This document shows positions 1 to 14,226 of a DNA stretch of 64,000 nucleotides, one piece after another. The first letter of the stretch is position 1, and each line of letters starts with the position of its first letter. The translations under genes and the position numbers were made by a program. The notes beneath the pieces are model-generated. The model saw nothing but the letters and a program-made list of their open reading frames with translations, was not told where the DNA came from and did not search any database. Origin of the DNA: Phoronis australis (Eukaryota; Animalia; Phoronida); the NCBI GenBank assembly GCA_002633005.1, contig NMRA01000137.1, positions 682,001 through 746,000 of the forward strand. The letters run 5' to 3'.

Positions 1-507
1 CACCAAGTTCAGCCAGGTGCTTTGTGGATGCCTTTCACAGTTGTCTTTAAAATCCTATTTTGTCACACCCTTTGCTAGATAATGCAGTAATACCCTGAAG
101 TGTCTAGTTTTCTAAAGTTGAGTTAAGTTTCATTTGATTATCTGTTTTCAATTACCGGGGTAATTAAAATTTGTTGAAATATAATTGCAAAGATTCTTTT
201 ATATTCTTGATACTGTCCTTTTTCCATTACTGAAAACCCCCACTGCACTGCTAAAATTTTGCCATTTATTGCTTCATGACAAGTGTACGACATTGACAAT
301 AATAGAGTAAAAAATTCCCTTAATTTTCTTGAAACATTTTTGTATTTGACCATATTTATCTTTACCGCGTGTTCATTTCAAACTGTTCGTGCCAGATTCC
401 GTAGCTATTAATTCATTGCAAAATTTTGACATTTCTTGGCACTTCATGTTGTTCCCTGTTCAAATGTTCAAATTTATATCATACCTGGTGATGTTTTCTT
501 TTGCCAG

Positions 508-3500
508 ACTTAACATACCGGCCTCAAGGCAACCTTTGGTGTTTTCACCCAGCACAGACATGGGCCTTACAGATATTGAGATGGCAAATGAGATGATGGA
601 AGATTTCTACGATGACGACGAGAGATCCTATGAGATGGACTACGAGGTAAGAGTAATTGATGGTGTGTAATTCACCCTACCCCAAAATTTTGGTCATCTT
701 TGAAGCCTGTAGCTTGTTAAGTTTGAAATGACTGCTGGAAGGGGAATTGTCGTTTTTTTATCGTGGAAAGATTGAGATTTCCGCATTCTTAGGTACGGTA
801 TGTCTCAATTTAATAGGAAACCTTCTACAAGCAACTCTTTAGTGTAGCGAGAGAACAATATGTCTTTTTCTTGACCCAATTTCTATTTGTGGTGTGCTAG
901 TCCATAGGCATGAAGCACAATTTCTTTCATTCATTTCTTGAAGTGTTCAACGTTTTTGCTCAACAGCGGGAATTTGCATGATCGTGTCGAAGAATTTCTT
1001 ACTAAAAATGCTGGAAAATATCATTCAAAAATGCAAAATACTGTCCACCAACTATCCCAGAGCCATCTAGGCACAAGGTGCATTTCATCATGTTGTTGCT
1101 TTATCGCAGACTGGCTTATTGTCAGATAAAAGTGATGCTGTGACATCTACTTCAGAAAAAAAGCATATCTTGTCAAAAGTCAGACATTCACACTTGATGG
1201 AATAAAACAAAAAATAGAATTTTTTCTTTTGGTAATATGGCTTGCAGTATGACTGCATGACATAGGCATTGGAAAAATGTGTATGATGTGTTTATACTCA
1301 CCATATTAAAATCTTTTGATTTTTCTCGTAGATATGTCCAAAACTTATATGAGATCCCAGAGCACTAGAATCAATGCAGGAATAAATTTTCAATGTCCCA
1401 TTATTAATATGATTGGTATTGATGTCTATCTGCAGGGCTTGTACTCAATGAGTGTTCTGCACCTATTGACCTGCGGAAAAATATATTATGAAATTTTCTG
1501 TCATGTCTAGTGCTTACTATTAGGGTGCTGAACTACAGTATAAATTTTCGATGTCTCGTCATAAGGGTATCGTAATTGTAATGTCCATCTGCAGATTTGC
1601 ACCCTGTGACCTTTCTGCACCCAATGACCAATGGAAAAATATATGAAATTTTCTGTCTTTTCTAGTGCTTATTATTAGGGTGCAAAACACCAGTATCATT
1701 TCATGCAATAATTTTCAGTGTGTCGTCATAAAGGTATCGTAATATTAATGTCTATCTGCAGGCCTTGCACTCGGTGACCTGTTTGCACCTGTTGACCTCC
1801 GACTTTTATTCACATGCACTAATTATGACTGTTGCTGTAATGTCATAACAGTAACGTTTGCAAATGCAAAACCTGGTTCCTTCTCACCAGTTACAAGCAA
1901 TAACAATTAACCAAGATTTGAACTTACATCAGCCTGCATAAGGAATCCACACTAACACAATATACCAGCACAGTTATTAATTACATTTTGTACTTGCTCA
2001 TAAAGGATTATTAGACCTTGCTTTGGCATAATACAAGTCTTTATCAGATGATTTATCTTCTCTGAGTAATTATTGGCTAAAGGTGAGGCAAGATCTGCTG
2101 GCCCATGAATTTCAGTGCAATGGATCTTGTTCTCAGATGAGGAGTTTGGGTCGATGTCTGTTGTTCCACTCTTAAAGTGGCTACAAACCTTACGTTTTGT
2201 CCAAGAATTGAACTTCTGACTCAGCGCTATAAAATGGATCTCATTGTGTTCTTTACTCATCTCTGATTAAATCAGAAATAAATTTTATGGTTGTGCAAAG
2301 ATCTGACGTTTCTATGCCTTGAGATCGCGCTCGGCGCAAGAAATGACACGAGGAGGTTAGCCATTTTATTGAGGCTGATCTTGTACAATAGTGACTTGTC
2401 AGTTCTTTTGAAGCCTTGAAATCACCTCTAATTTGGAGCTATTCGAAACCAATGTCATAATGGTAATTGGTCTTGATCAGAAGTTGTTTTTGTGACGGAA
2501 GTCTGGTTTGTAGTCACCTCAGAGGAGTTAGAAGTTGCGCACTGCAACAATGTCCTGAAATGTGGCCATCTTTAACGCTATAAAATCTCACTTATTTCAG
2601 ACAAATATTACCAAAATTGGTTGTTATTCATTTTTCAAAGGCCTTTAACACTGATGTGAGTGACCAGTTTCTCTGAACATTGTCCACTGGCACAGTTATG
2701 GTGTAGAAGCTTACTTTGTGCTATTTATCTATAATGAAAAAAAATTGACAAATTTTAACTCGTCTGCCATATTGTGTCGTCTGCCATATTGTGTGGTCTG
2801 CCATATTGTGTCGACTGCCATATTGTGTCCCAGATGTGAGTTGACGTAAGGCAACTCCAAAAATGTCACTTGGTACGAAACCGGACAAATTTGGGGAAAA
2901 GTGCATTCAAATTAAAGTTCAAGTTAATGTCATTCAGCTGCAGTAGTTGCTTATACTAAGCCTCGGGCTCCTGCAGTTATCTGATTTCTCTTGACTTTTT
3001 TGTAAACTTTGATGTTAGTGTTTAAAAAAATGGCAAAGTGATTTCTCTGCCTGCCTTGCTCCAGTGAACCACACACAATGTAAAGGTCACCCTCTCAAAT
3101 CAATAACACTTGATTAATCCTATTGTGGTGAGCGACCATTTAGCCTGGGTCGAGGGCACTTCAAGACTGATGGATTAAACCGGATTTCCAATAACTTATT
3201 AAAGTTCATAACGTTTGACTTCTGTAAGTCAACTGTGCTAAGCACCTCATTAAGCTGAAGAGGCGATAAGAAGTCCTGTATTTATTCTATGTTGTGACAA
3301 TATCTGAATACGCTGCCGTCGTTTCGTAGTTGCCTGTTACCGGCCGTGTACAAGAAAGAAATTTGAATTTCCTCAACTCCATCCTCTCTGCTTTGTTCGG
3401 ATGCCAAGAGCAAACTTGGTACCGACTGAGGGTCAACTAAAATGAGCAGGAATGTGGCACTGGGAGGTGTGTTGCTCTTATGCCACTGCCAATGCCTGTA

Positions 3501-6500
3501 TTACGATTTGTTACATCTTTTTAATAATTGTTATGGTCATAGTTAAATTTGGTAAGTTGTATGCAGTTTTGCCAATATGCTAATGCCTGGTTACACGTTT
3601 TCACTGCAAAAGGACCATAATAGAAGAAGAAAATGAAAATCGCATCGACCTGGTTTGTGACGAATTGCACAAATGAACCCCTGAACTCAAGAACAAACTT
3701 TATGCGTTGGCATTAATATGCTGGCTTTGTTCATCAGGACAGTTATTGCCACTGGGAGTTGGTGCACTCCACTTTTTACTGGGTGGTCCATTAAACCTGC
3801 CCTCTTCTAAGTGGTTTAAAATGAGTTATGTGCCCTCCCATGTTTGACTTGGCAACCAGATACTAATTTCTCCTGTGCTTTATTATGGGCCACATCAGTC
3901 ACAAATCTAAAACCTCTGTACTTGTGCCCAAATGAATTACGGATTACGCATTTGCTAGGTGGTGACCATGTAGCACCCAGTGGCATGGCCTTTCTATTTA
4001 AAAAAACTCAGATATATTTAGTCATGCTTGAGTCTTTCCAGGTGCCAGTAAAATTAACCTCTGTTGAATATATAAAATGCCTATGCCCTTTTCACCTTGT
4101 ATTAAGGAAAAACACACAAGCTTCATTTACTGACCAAAAACTTCATTATTGTTGTTCACAATAGAGGTTAGTGCCCTCTTTCATCCTGTCAGTTATTTTG
4201 TGTGTGTTTGGCTTTTGAAAATAAAATCAAAAACCAGTCCGCTACACTGATGACAATGTATCTTTCCAAGTAATTGGGCACTTAAAAAATTTCTATGTTC
4301 TTCCCTTTCACTTTTTAAGCACATACGGCCGATCAATTGTATAATTTGTTTTCCAGTTTACAACACTGACACTGAAAATAAGTTAAATATGTGGATTGTT
4401 ATTAACTGAGACCTGAAAAATATTGCACCCATTGACCTATGCTTGCAACTACTGAGTGCAGAATATTAGTATCCCTACCAGTGAGTTAATAACAAGAGTT
4501 GACCTATAATGATGTTAATTGACCGTTCATACGCTTTTTGTCATCCCTTTTATTGTGTTGAGTGCTGCGGGCTACTTGCATCTATCGCTAGGGCTTCCCG
4601 CTTGGAAGAAATAAAAGTTACCTGGTGAAGCCGGCAAAAGTGTTGTGTACGCATTGCCTGAAGCCCCCCAGCCTGTTTTTTCTCCGTTAGTTCGACATTC
4701 TGCTGTTGACATTTGTGAACTTGCTAGGTTGGAGACATGGAGTGACACCATATTGGAGGGTTTCTTGTGTATATAAGGTCTACATAAAAGGGTAATGGTC
4801 TTTTACAGGGGTCCCATGTTTTGAGAACTATTTTTTCCCGTTGAATAATGAATGGGCTTCAGACTGGTTCACTGTTCTAAGAAACTGACATGATCAAACA
4901 GCATACAGATATTAACTTTGTGATAAAAATATCTGACACGGTTGGAAGCTGCTTCCACCTGGGCGAAGACTATGAAAACACCTGGTATAAAATAAAAGAA
5001 TTTTGGAACAATTCACCGTTTTTCCAGTCCATTAATTCCTGACTTGGCTTAAGTTCTTACAATACAAGGCTGAGGTCTATGGTACCAACCCACAGTGGTA
5101 TCAGTGCTACAAGCTTTATAAAGATGTAACAAGGTTGCAACTTCAGTCCTCTACTGACATTGTGAAGCTAACAGACACATTGAGCTGTGTTGTTCATTTC
5201 TGCATCAACTAAATACAGCAAGCCTGAGCTGTTTGTCTAAAGTCAATGTTTAGTTTGATAATTACACTCTGGTTGTTAATTAGTTTGCCCAATTATAGAC
5301 ATTTAATGCAGTGGCTCAGTGCAAACAGACAGGGTAGGTAAGGGGTGTGATCAATCATAAACTGTAATTAAGAGCCGTCTTAACAATGCTTGACACTAGC
5401 CTGGTGTTTAATCTCCAACTGAGCTTTTTGGCTTGAAAAGTCTATGCTCTGGCTCGTAAACATCGTAACTATGGTGACGGGAAAGATGAATCACTATTTT
5501 TCCAAGTGCAGATTCACAAAATTTGATATTTATTTGAATAGCTGGCGATGCTCCTTTCGAGTTTTGGCACCCGTGTAATAGCTAATTTCCTAATTACAGA
5601 AAGCTTATGACAAAATAGTAATGTAAGTTCAATGCTTTGCTTTGTGAAAGCTCACATGACGTACGACCGTGAATCATAATTTGTCAAACACAGATTCGCA
5701 GAAATTATTGTTTGTTTTATTACTATGGACATTGTTTTTTGTGTTACTATGGACACTGTTTTATGTTATAGCTCATGCAGAGTCCTGATTTCCCAATTGC
5801 AGAACAGTTGATAAAGCAGACCAGACTTTTTCTTAAAGCACCATTATTTTCCTATCCATTATATTTGATCAATTGAATTAATAGTTTAAGCTAATTTACT
5901 GGAATGCTTCATCATTGCACAGTTGACACCAAGTGGATACATTTACCTTGTGTTCAACATTCACAGTAACAGACTGTAACTTATTAGTACCAAATGCACT
6001 CTGTCTCTTGTGAGCTTGATAGTTTGGGCGACAGACTGATCACTTACATCAAAGACAATTACTGCATCAACCATGGCCATATGTGCTAGTATTTATCCAC
6101 AGGCAATGAAGGCCAACTCTTGACATAATTTTTCAACTGTCCTTACTTTTGTCTTGGCTGGTGGAATTGTGTAAGAATCTTGACTTTTTGGAATAATGCT
6201 TAAATTGAAATTAAATTAAATTATTAAGAATACTTTCACTAGCATTACCACTACTACTACTACTACTACTGCTACTACGTACCACTAATAAAAATAGCTA
6301 CAGCAAAACAACGCATGTTGTCTTTTGACCACACTGGGACTCCACTTTTAACAGGTAAATAGCTATTATATTTTTTCTCATTGTTGATTGCCAAGCAGTG
6401 GAAATTTGAAGCATCAAGATAGGTATGGTAATTACTTTAGAAGTCAGTAGTGCGGTCCAACAATGATGGGGACTGATGGGTAGTGTTTGAGCTCTGTGGC

Positions 6501-9500
6501 GAATATGTCTCCCGCCACAGGACCCCTTTTCCAGACTGTTTATCCAAGTCATTCCAACCATTAAAGTGTAAATTTAAATTCTTAACAACACCTGAAACCC
6601 TATTATTATATAGCAGACATGTCTAATTGAAGATATTTTAACAAGCTCTAGGCTTGGCACACTTAATGAGCAGTTTAGACTTATGTGATTAACCAACCAG
6701 TAAGTAAAGTGTCCTGGTCTTATTAATATGTGGTGAAAGTGTGCATATGTCATTGCCATTTGTGCTTGAGGTTCAGAGCACAAGGGCACTAGACTGAACT
6801 AGAGCTATATTCTGTATTCTGACCAACTACTCAGCCAGGCTGTTATGATTATCCCCATCAGTACTCCTTGATTTCTAGCGAGATTTGACAGCAGCGCCAC
6901 CTACCGAATTTAAGCTTAAGCAACTGTCGTTTTATAATGGCTATTATTTCTCGCTAATGCACCCTTCTTTGGGGTTACAACTGCGCTATGGTTGCAACAT
7001 TTAAACCAGTTTTAAATTGTTCAGAAAACCAGTTAGTTGTATCAGCTTTGGCGTGAACAGGGTATTTGAGTTCATGCTTATTTTGACTATCAAAGTAAAG
7101 TTGGCTTAAAATCTATCGCTCCTAAGTTCCGTTTAGACATCATCTTTTGGCCCGGGGCAACTGACACGGAGCAAATTGACCCATGTCAAGCGGCCGTTTA
7201 CACACACAACTCACTAACCATGGCAAGACGGAAATTAAAGGCTGGAGAGACTGGATCGCACATGCACAGGTTTACAAATGACGAGAGCTGCAGAGACAAA
7301 GAACCCGTACGTAGGTCATTGCACAAGCACAGTAGAGATGATCCTTTCCGCCTTGCTCCAGTTTCGCGTTTAGACTTATAATTGACACGGCGCAAGATGT
7401 TCGGGCGCAAATTGCTCTACCTCACGGGGACAAAGATTTGTCACCGCTGTGTCAATTTGCTCTGAGTCAGTCCCTTTACACGCTGGAACAACTTGTTCCC
7501 TGTCAGCTGATCCGTGTCAACTTTGTAAGTGTAAACAGCACTCTAGTAAAACAGATGTGATGATTATACATTTGTTCAAGACCCGTAAGTGTGTATGTAA
7601 CTTTTGTTCACTGGTAAACTTGAGAACATGAGAGTACTGGTGATTTCTTGGAATACCTGTTTTGTGTTCTGATGGAGGTAAAGTGAACATGTTGAAGGGC
7701 ATTAGTCACATATAAGGGTCTCCAATTTTGAGAACCAGTTTGGAGACAACTGGTTCTCAAAATACAAGACCTTTGAAAGTGACTATTACCAGTAAAAGTC
7801 AGTTATAGGGGTCTCAGATTTTGAGAACCAGTTTGTGGTCGTTATTCAGTAGATCAAATTGATTCTTAAAATGTATTATCTACTTCCAGGAGGTGCTTCT
7901 TCACCGGAGCAACAGCGAGGTGAAGATAGGTTTAACATTGTGCTATGGCTCAGTTGATGAGACGAACACTGATATCTTTATTAAAGAAATTGAGCCCTAC
8001 AGTATCGCGGCGCAAGATGGACGTATCCGTGAAGGCGATCAAATACTACAGGTGTGTTTAGAAGTTGGGTACTGTTAAATTGATAGAAGTTAAGTGTGTC
8101 CTTATGGGCATTGCCTATATCCAAGTTATCGCCCACCCCCACACCCGATTTTCCGTTATTCGTATCAGTGCATAAATTGACACAGAACAGCTATAAACTG
8201 CATGATTAGATTTTAAGGGACTTAAAAACAACTTTGCCTTAATAAAATCATACTTGTTTATCAGAAAGCACGATACTCGGTTAAATGGTGCTGTTTTTGC
8301 AAGTGCAGTATTTTTTGAACAGATGTTTATTTAATGCTGTTTTTATAGCCTGTAATTACTGGTAGGGTGATACCCTTGCCTGTGTTGTAAAAATTCACCT
8401 TTCAAGTTGTATCAGATGACCGGTCTAGATTACCGTTTATTGTTGAAAATGTGTGTGAGTTTACTACCTGTTGAAAACACACTCCACTGGTCATCACGCT
8501 GTGACGGGATGATTCGTATAATTTATTGGGGACAAGTGAACCGAGTTTGTGTAAATTGTTAATGTCATTTGGTGCGGATTGTCTGCACGCTGTATCACTT
8601 TGCCAAATTATAGTGGTGTACGTAGTTGGCGGAACAGCTGAACTGCATAAAAATCCCCGAGAAATTGTGGTATTTTCAATTACAACTGTTAACCAGTTCT
8701 CAGAATTTTTTACAATGTAACATGATTTTTTAACACATTCTTGAAATGTGTGTGGTCTTATGATACATGTATTCAAAAGTGAGTGAGGTGCAATTTAAAA
8801 CTGCTGGAAAGTGAAATTGCGTTCATAGTTCACTGAGTAGCTAAACTTCTCAACTGCTATAGCATGATTTTGTCTACAGCTCTTACTCATATTGTATGTA
8901 ATATTTTTTCAAATGAATTGAGCGTAGAGACTGGAATTGCCACATAAGTAGGCATTTCGTTCCTCTGATTGATGTATTGTTACTATATATTGTTTTAAGA
9001 TGAGCTTTCCACTTCGTTAGTGGAATCTTATCGAGAAGCAATTCAGTTTAATCAAGCTTACCCCCAAATGATGCTTTTTTGATGCATCATCAAATGTGTT
9101 CAAAATAACCAGAATTTTTAAGAGTTTTTTATTTCTAGTGGTGCACTAACAAAAAGCCCCCCCCTGTTGAATGGCGGTGAATCTTGATCGTTAATGAATT
9201 GTCAGCAACAAATGCATACAAATACATCTGGGATGGTAATTCATAAATTGATTTGTATTTAAATGATATCTTTTTCTTGTTGAAACTGTTTCTCTTCTAA
9301 ATTGGCGAAAACAATTGAGAGTGTCTTTAAAACATCTGCGTCACATTTTTATAATTGAGACATTTTCTCCTTGGTTAGTTTTAATCTGCTTTGGATTTAG
9401 TTGCATTATGTCCTAACCAGGGCAAAACTATGGCATAATCACGGCTTTGTTGAATCAAATCACTCTAAATAATGGGTAATTAAATTAAGTTCTTGCCCAG

Positions 9501-12500
9501 CCACTACTAACTGCAGGCTCACGCCATCTCTGGTTCGTGTTATGCCTTTGATCATGTATTGACTTTCACACACCATTAGGGCGAATGAAGCCCTCAGAAG
9601 GATTGATATTGTCAAAGACAAGCTACCAAATTACCCCCATCAATGACATGTTACAAGTTACTCAAGCAAGAAATTAACTTTTTTACAAATACTTGTGAAT
9701 CACGCCAATGCTCGACTGGTTTCATCTCGGCTTGCTTTGTAGAAAGCTAAACGCTACAATTTAGGTTTCATAACCTTTTGATGTTTTGTAATACAACACT
9801 GAAGTGTGATGAAAATGTCTTATCGCATGCGAGGAAATTGTTATTTTCAACACCTTTAGTAAGGTAACACAATCTCTGATTAAAGGTGAATTGGCTTAAC
9901 TGTGTTCTCACGAAATTGAATTGCTATTTTTCACCCAAACTAATTGAAAGTAACCAAAACATCAACATCGTTGCATGTCAATGCTGGTTATTGCCGTATT
10001 GAATTTCAGCCTGTCCATTGGATGTTATTAATTAAGTTTTGACTAAATCAGTTTTCAAATATGTAAAAATTTGTTGTAATTAATGGGTTTTTAGAATGGT
10101 TTTCAATGGGTGACTTGATATCTACGAGGTGGTGCTCAGAAATAAAGGTCCTTTTTCACATCTGAAAAGATTGGGAACAGAAAGCTGTTCACCAGTGTGA
10201 GAACATTCACGTGATACGAGACTCTCGTGATTTGCCTGAATGTCGGCATTTATGAGGGGGCTACTTGCTTCACTTGCAACACCTAGTGAATTTCGTGTCC
10301 CCACATGCTGGCGTGTGAAAGCACTGATCCGCCAAACATGCCGAAGTTTTGATTTGGTAGCTTGTTTGTCTTGTTGGTTTATGCGTAGCATTCGTATCCG
10401 AGTGCTGAGATATTACTGGTCTCCTTTCGTGTGAAAGAACTAGGACTCGTACTTGACCAAGAGTACTAAGACGATGTTCTCGTTGATTTGGTTTATGTAG
10501 TTTTAATGCAAATCAATTTTGTTGTAAAACGAGCAATACATCTCGTACTGTAATTTTTTATAATCACTGTAAAAAGTCAATGGACACTTTTTTGTGTTTA
10601 TTTTTATTTGTTTCTGTTGAAACACTCAGGGAGTACAGGTATGCTTCAAGCAGGTGTCAACTTTTTTTGTCTTCTTTGTCACTTTCTTGCTCAACATGGT
10701 GAATGCTGGATATTCTGTTTATCAGTACGCACTTCATAGTGCTTACACTGGCACAGCCATCTGTAGGCCCAGGATGGCATGAATAAGTCTTCTGTTGTCA
10801 ACATGGGTGCAGATTTCCTGGAAGTCTTGGCTACTTAGGCTTTGCTGAGTAATTTCCTGCTAAAACTTCTTTAGCTACTAGCAGGTGGTTGGGGTTTGGT
10901 GGTGTTGGCATCAATCCATCAAACAGAGTTCTCATTCTCAATGTCTTTTTCTGCAGTAGTGGTAGAGCAGGTGGTTTTATCACATCAGCATTGTGCCTTT
11001 GAAATGTGTCTTTTTTGAATGAATTCCTATCTTAATGTTTTTGAGACCAAGGGTCATTTGTAACTATGGGTAGTCAGTTCCAACCTGTAGCGTGGGAAAG
11101 ATTTGATTATGGTTTCTGAGTCCTCTCTCTCCCCTGTTTAGTTGGCAGGTGGAGACATCTGGTGAGTGAAGTTGTAATTGCCCATTGCTAAGTTTTTTAA
11201 TTACTTTTGTTTTACAGATCAATGGAAAAGATGTTCATAGCCGTGAAGAAGCCATCCAACAGTTTTCTGAGAACAGATCAGACATTTCGTTGCTTCTCGC
11301 CCGACCTCAGTTACAGGTAAGTTAAATAATCGGTCCTACTCTGAGAATCTTTCTCCAATTTATCCTGGATATAATGACTTGGATATAATGACTTGCATAT
11401 AATGACTTGTTTTCCTGGTATCATGTATTACGCTTTGTATCTGTTGCATGAAATAAAAATAAAATTACAAAAACTGACCCCCTCGTTAAATTCACACTAG
11501 AGGAAAGACAGTCTCACCGTGCTTTGTTGATTTTGATTTATCTGAACACTGATGTGGGTGACTTGTTCCCACACTACCACTGTTAATTTGCTCAGGCCAC
11601 CTGGGCTTACCTTAACAGTTTTCCAAACACCATGTACAGTTAATGATGATGGTGATGATATGTCGCAATAACGGGAATAACATGCCATGTTGTTCTTTCC
11701 TGGTTATCTAATCTAGGGACTTCCACTAGTGTTTAGTTTAGGAGACCACACTCAGTTGGCCAGTGGTTACAACCTCACAGGATTACATGTTAAATTCTTA
11801 TTAATGGTTATCCTTTGTGCTGTAATTACTATTTGGCACTGCCAAAATACTGTATGTGTTTATTAAGTGATAGTACAGATTGAATTCTACATTATCAGTG
11901 AGAGTAGATCGCAGTAGCAGAAAATGCCATGGTTACAGGTGCATCTAATACCGCCGAAGAAGACCACTAGCTTGTGGGGGGTCTCAATCTCCTCTCTTGG
12001 GAAGTCGAGTCACACGAATGAGCCATTCTTGAAATAAATACATTTTAGATACCAAAGTGGTCTTAAACATGCTCATACCAGTACCTAAATCCCCCAAACA
12101 AGACCCACTGAGGCAGCTCACGAATTCTCAATCTTGTGGTGGGCGGATCCCTGGGGCTTCTAATGTTGTTTGTAAGGTAACCTTGTTAAGAAAGTTAACA
12201 TCTTTGAGCTATGCACAAATAATGTGTTCATGAGAAAGTGTCTTGGTAATACCTCTTCCTTTTTTGTCCAGAGTCTTATGTCCACCTTAAGTTACTTTTA
12301 ATTTTTTGATCGAGTGTCTGTAGTACGACTTCGTTATTTGCTGATTTTTTTCCATTTTTGAAAAAACTTAAGTTCGCTGAATTTTTAACGTGCTTCTTGG
12401 TCCCCTCTAACTCTACAATACAAACGACTGAGCAAACAGTTTTAACATTTTTGTTGAGAAATTAATTTAAATAAAATTTAACGATTTCACCATATTGTGT

Positions 12501-14195
12501 TCTAAATTTGTTTAGCATATAGCCGCACCGGACGTTTTTGTGACTGAGTGGGCTTTGACTGAGTGGGCTTTGACTGAGTGGGCTTTGACTGAGTGGGCTC
12601 TTCAAATGTTGAAGCCTTGAAGGCTCCATCAAGCTCAACACAAAAAAGTTGGGTCGCTGGGGCCATGTGGAATTAATTACCTCTTGAATTATAGGGCTCG
12701 AGGTCTGCCAACAGATGTTCTTTACATATTTTTCAGTTTTTTAACTTATTTCTCTGGATAAACACATGGACTTTGATGTTCCCTGTTTCCGCGATTGCCT
12801 TCTAAATTCAGTACACGTGGAATAGATTGAGTAATCTTTGGTCCCGATAAACTAATTCTTCAGAGCTGGAGGTGGCAAGTGGTGACACAAAGAATTGTGG
12901 GTAACAGGTGCCTTGGTTATCACATAGCCATTACATGTGTTCGCAATTATGTGTAATAATCACTTATGTGTAATAACACATCACATTCATTTTTATGGTT
13001 TGCATTAGGTATTTTCTAAAGTCCCTAAACGATGGAAATAGACCTTCGCCGACCTGCTTATTGTAGTTATGTTGTTATCTCCTGTTGCACTGTACTTTGA
13101 TGTTATCATTAAACAAAGACAGAAACATAAGACTAGTAGGGGGGTTACTTATGTGGATCAGTTTTTCCACTAAATTGAACTCTATATAGGTGTTTCGTGT
13201 TTAATTTAATTTTTCGTGTTTTTTTAAAATTTTAATGTTAGTGTTACAACATCTCTGCAAAAGGGTTTATGAACAATCTATGAGAAGGTGACTTTTTGGT
13301 AGAACATCTTTATTTGCAAGTCCCTTTTAACAGTGATAACTCTTAAAAGTCGTGGATATTTGTTGAGCTGATTCTTTAAAAGGTGTTCTAATTTCACAAA
13401 GTCACCCCCCACAAAGTAGTTCAGTGCTCCCTGTAGCTGAGAGGATGAAACGTTATCTCGCTACTTCCTGTTCTATAAGGTTACTGTCCAATGGTATCAG
13501 TGATCATTATCCAGTAGGTGGAACATCTTAGATTCTGCTGGTAATTTGTCCCTAGAAGTAACAAGCTGTACCAGGCTGGCTGGTCAAACTGTGGCTTTCT
13601 CACCACTATGTCTTACACAGACTGCTAAAATTTGGATTGTTGTGGCACGGTGGCTCACCTCAGCCAGTTCTGGTCTTTTTGAAAGATATTAAAATTTTCG
13701 CCACAAAATGTTTGATGTGGTTAACCATGTCCTAAAAACAGACTTTGGATTCTTCTCGGATCTTCTCGGTCAGCTTTTGTGTACAGTATTACGCAAATTG
13801 ATATGGATGGATTTATGGCAGTAAAACTAATGTTGTTTCAGTGCATCTATCGCTGTGTAAGGTGTGACCACCTGAGTGTATTGCATGACTTTTTTAACAT
13901 CTGCTTCATCAATCAATAGCTGTTGGAATTTGTGGTAGTAAAACTGAATTTGATGGCTTTTGGAAAAGTAATCATTAAATGTTGATACTCAAATTTTGAA
14001 AGGCTAGGCTTTTAAAGGACACTAGTTGCCAAGACAACTTGTGCACGTCATTTGTTTGCATTGAAAAGAACCAGGTTACTTTATCCCTTTTTAAGAATAT
14101 AGTAGTGGAGAACATCATCAGCTTTGATTATTGCCTGGGTCAAAGTGATTGTAGTTTTGTTATGGTAACTCTTGTCATCATGTGCAACAAATAAG

Positions 14196-14226
<31 letters not shown>

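Noticed and set aside
7198-7410. Near-identical 70-aa ORFs at 7198(-) and 57170(+) as a small gene family
   Set aside because: Both lie inside copies of the same MITE.
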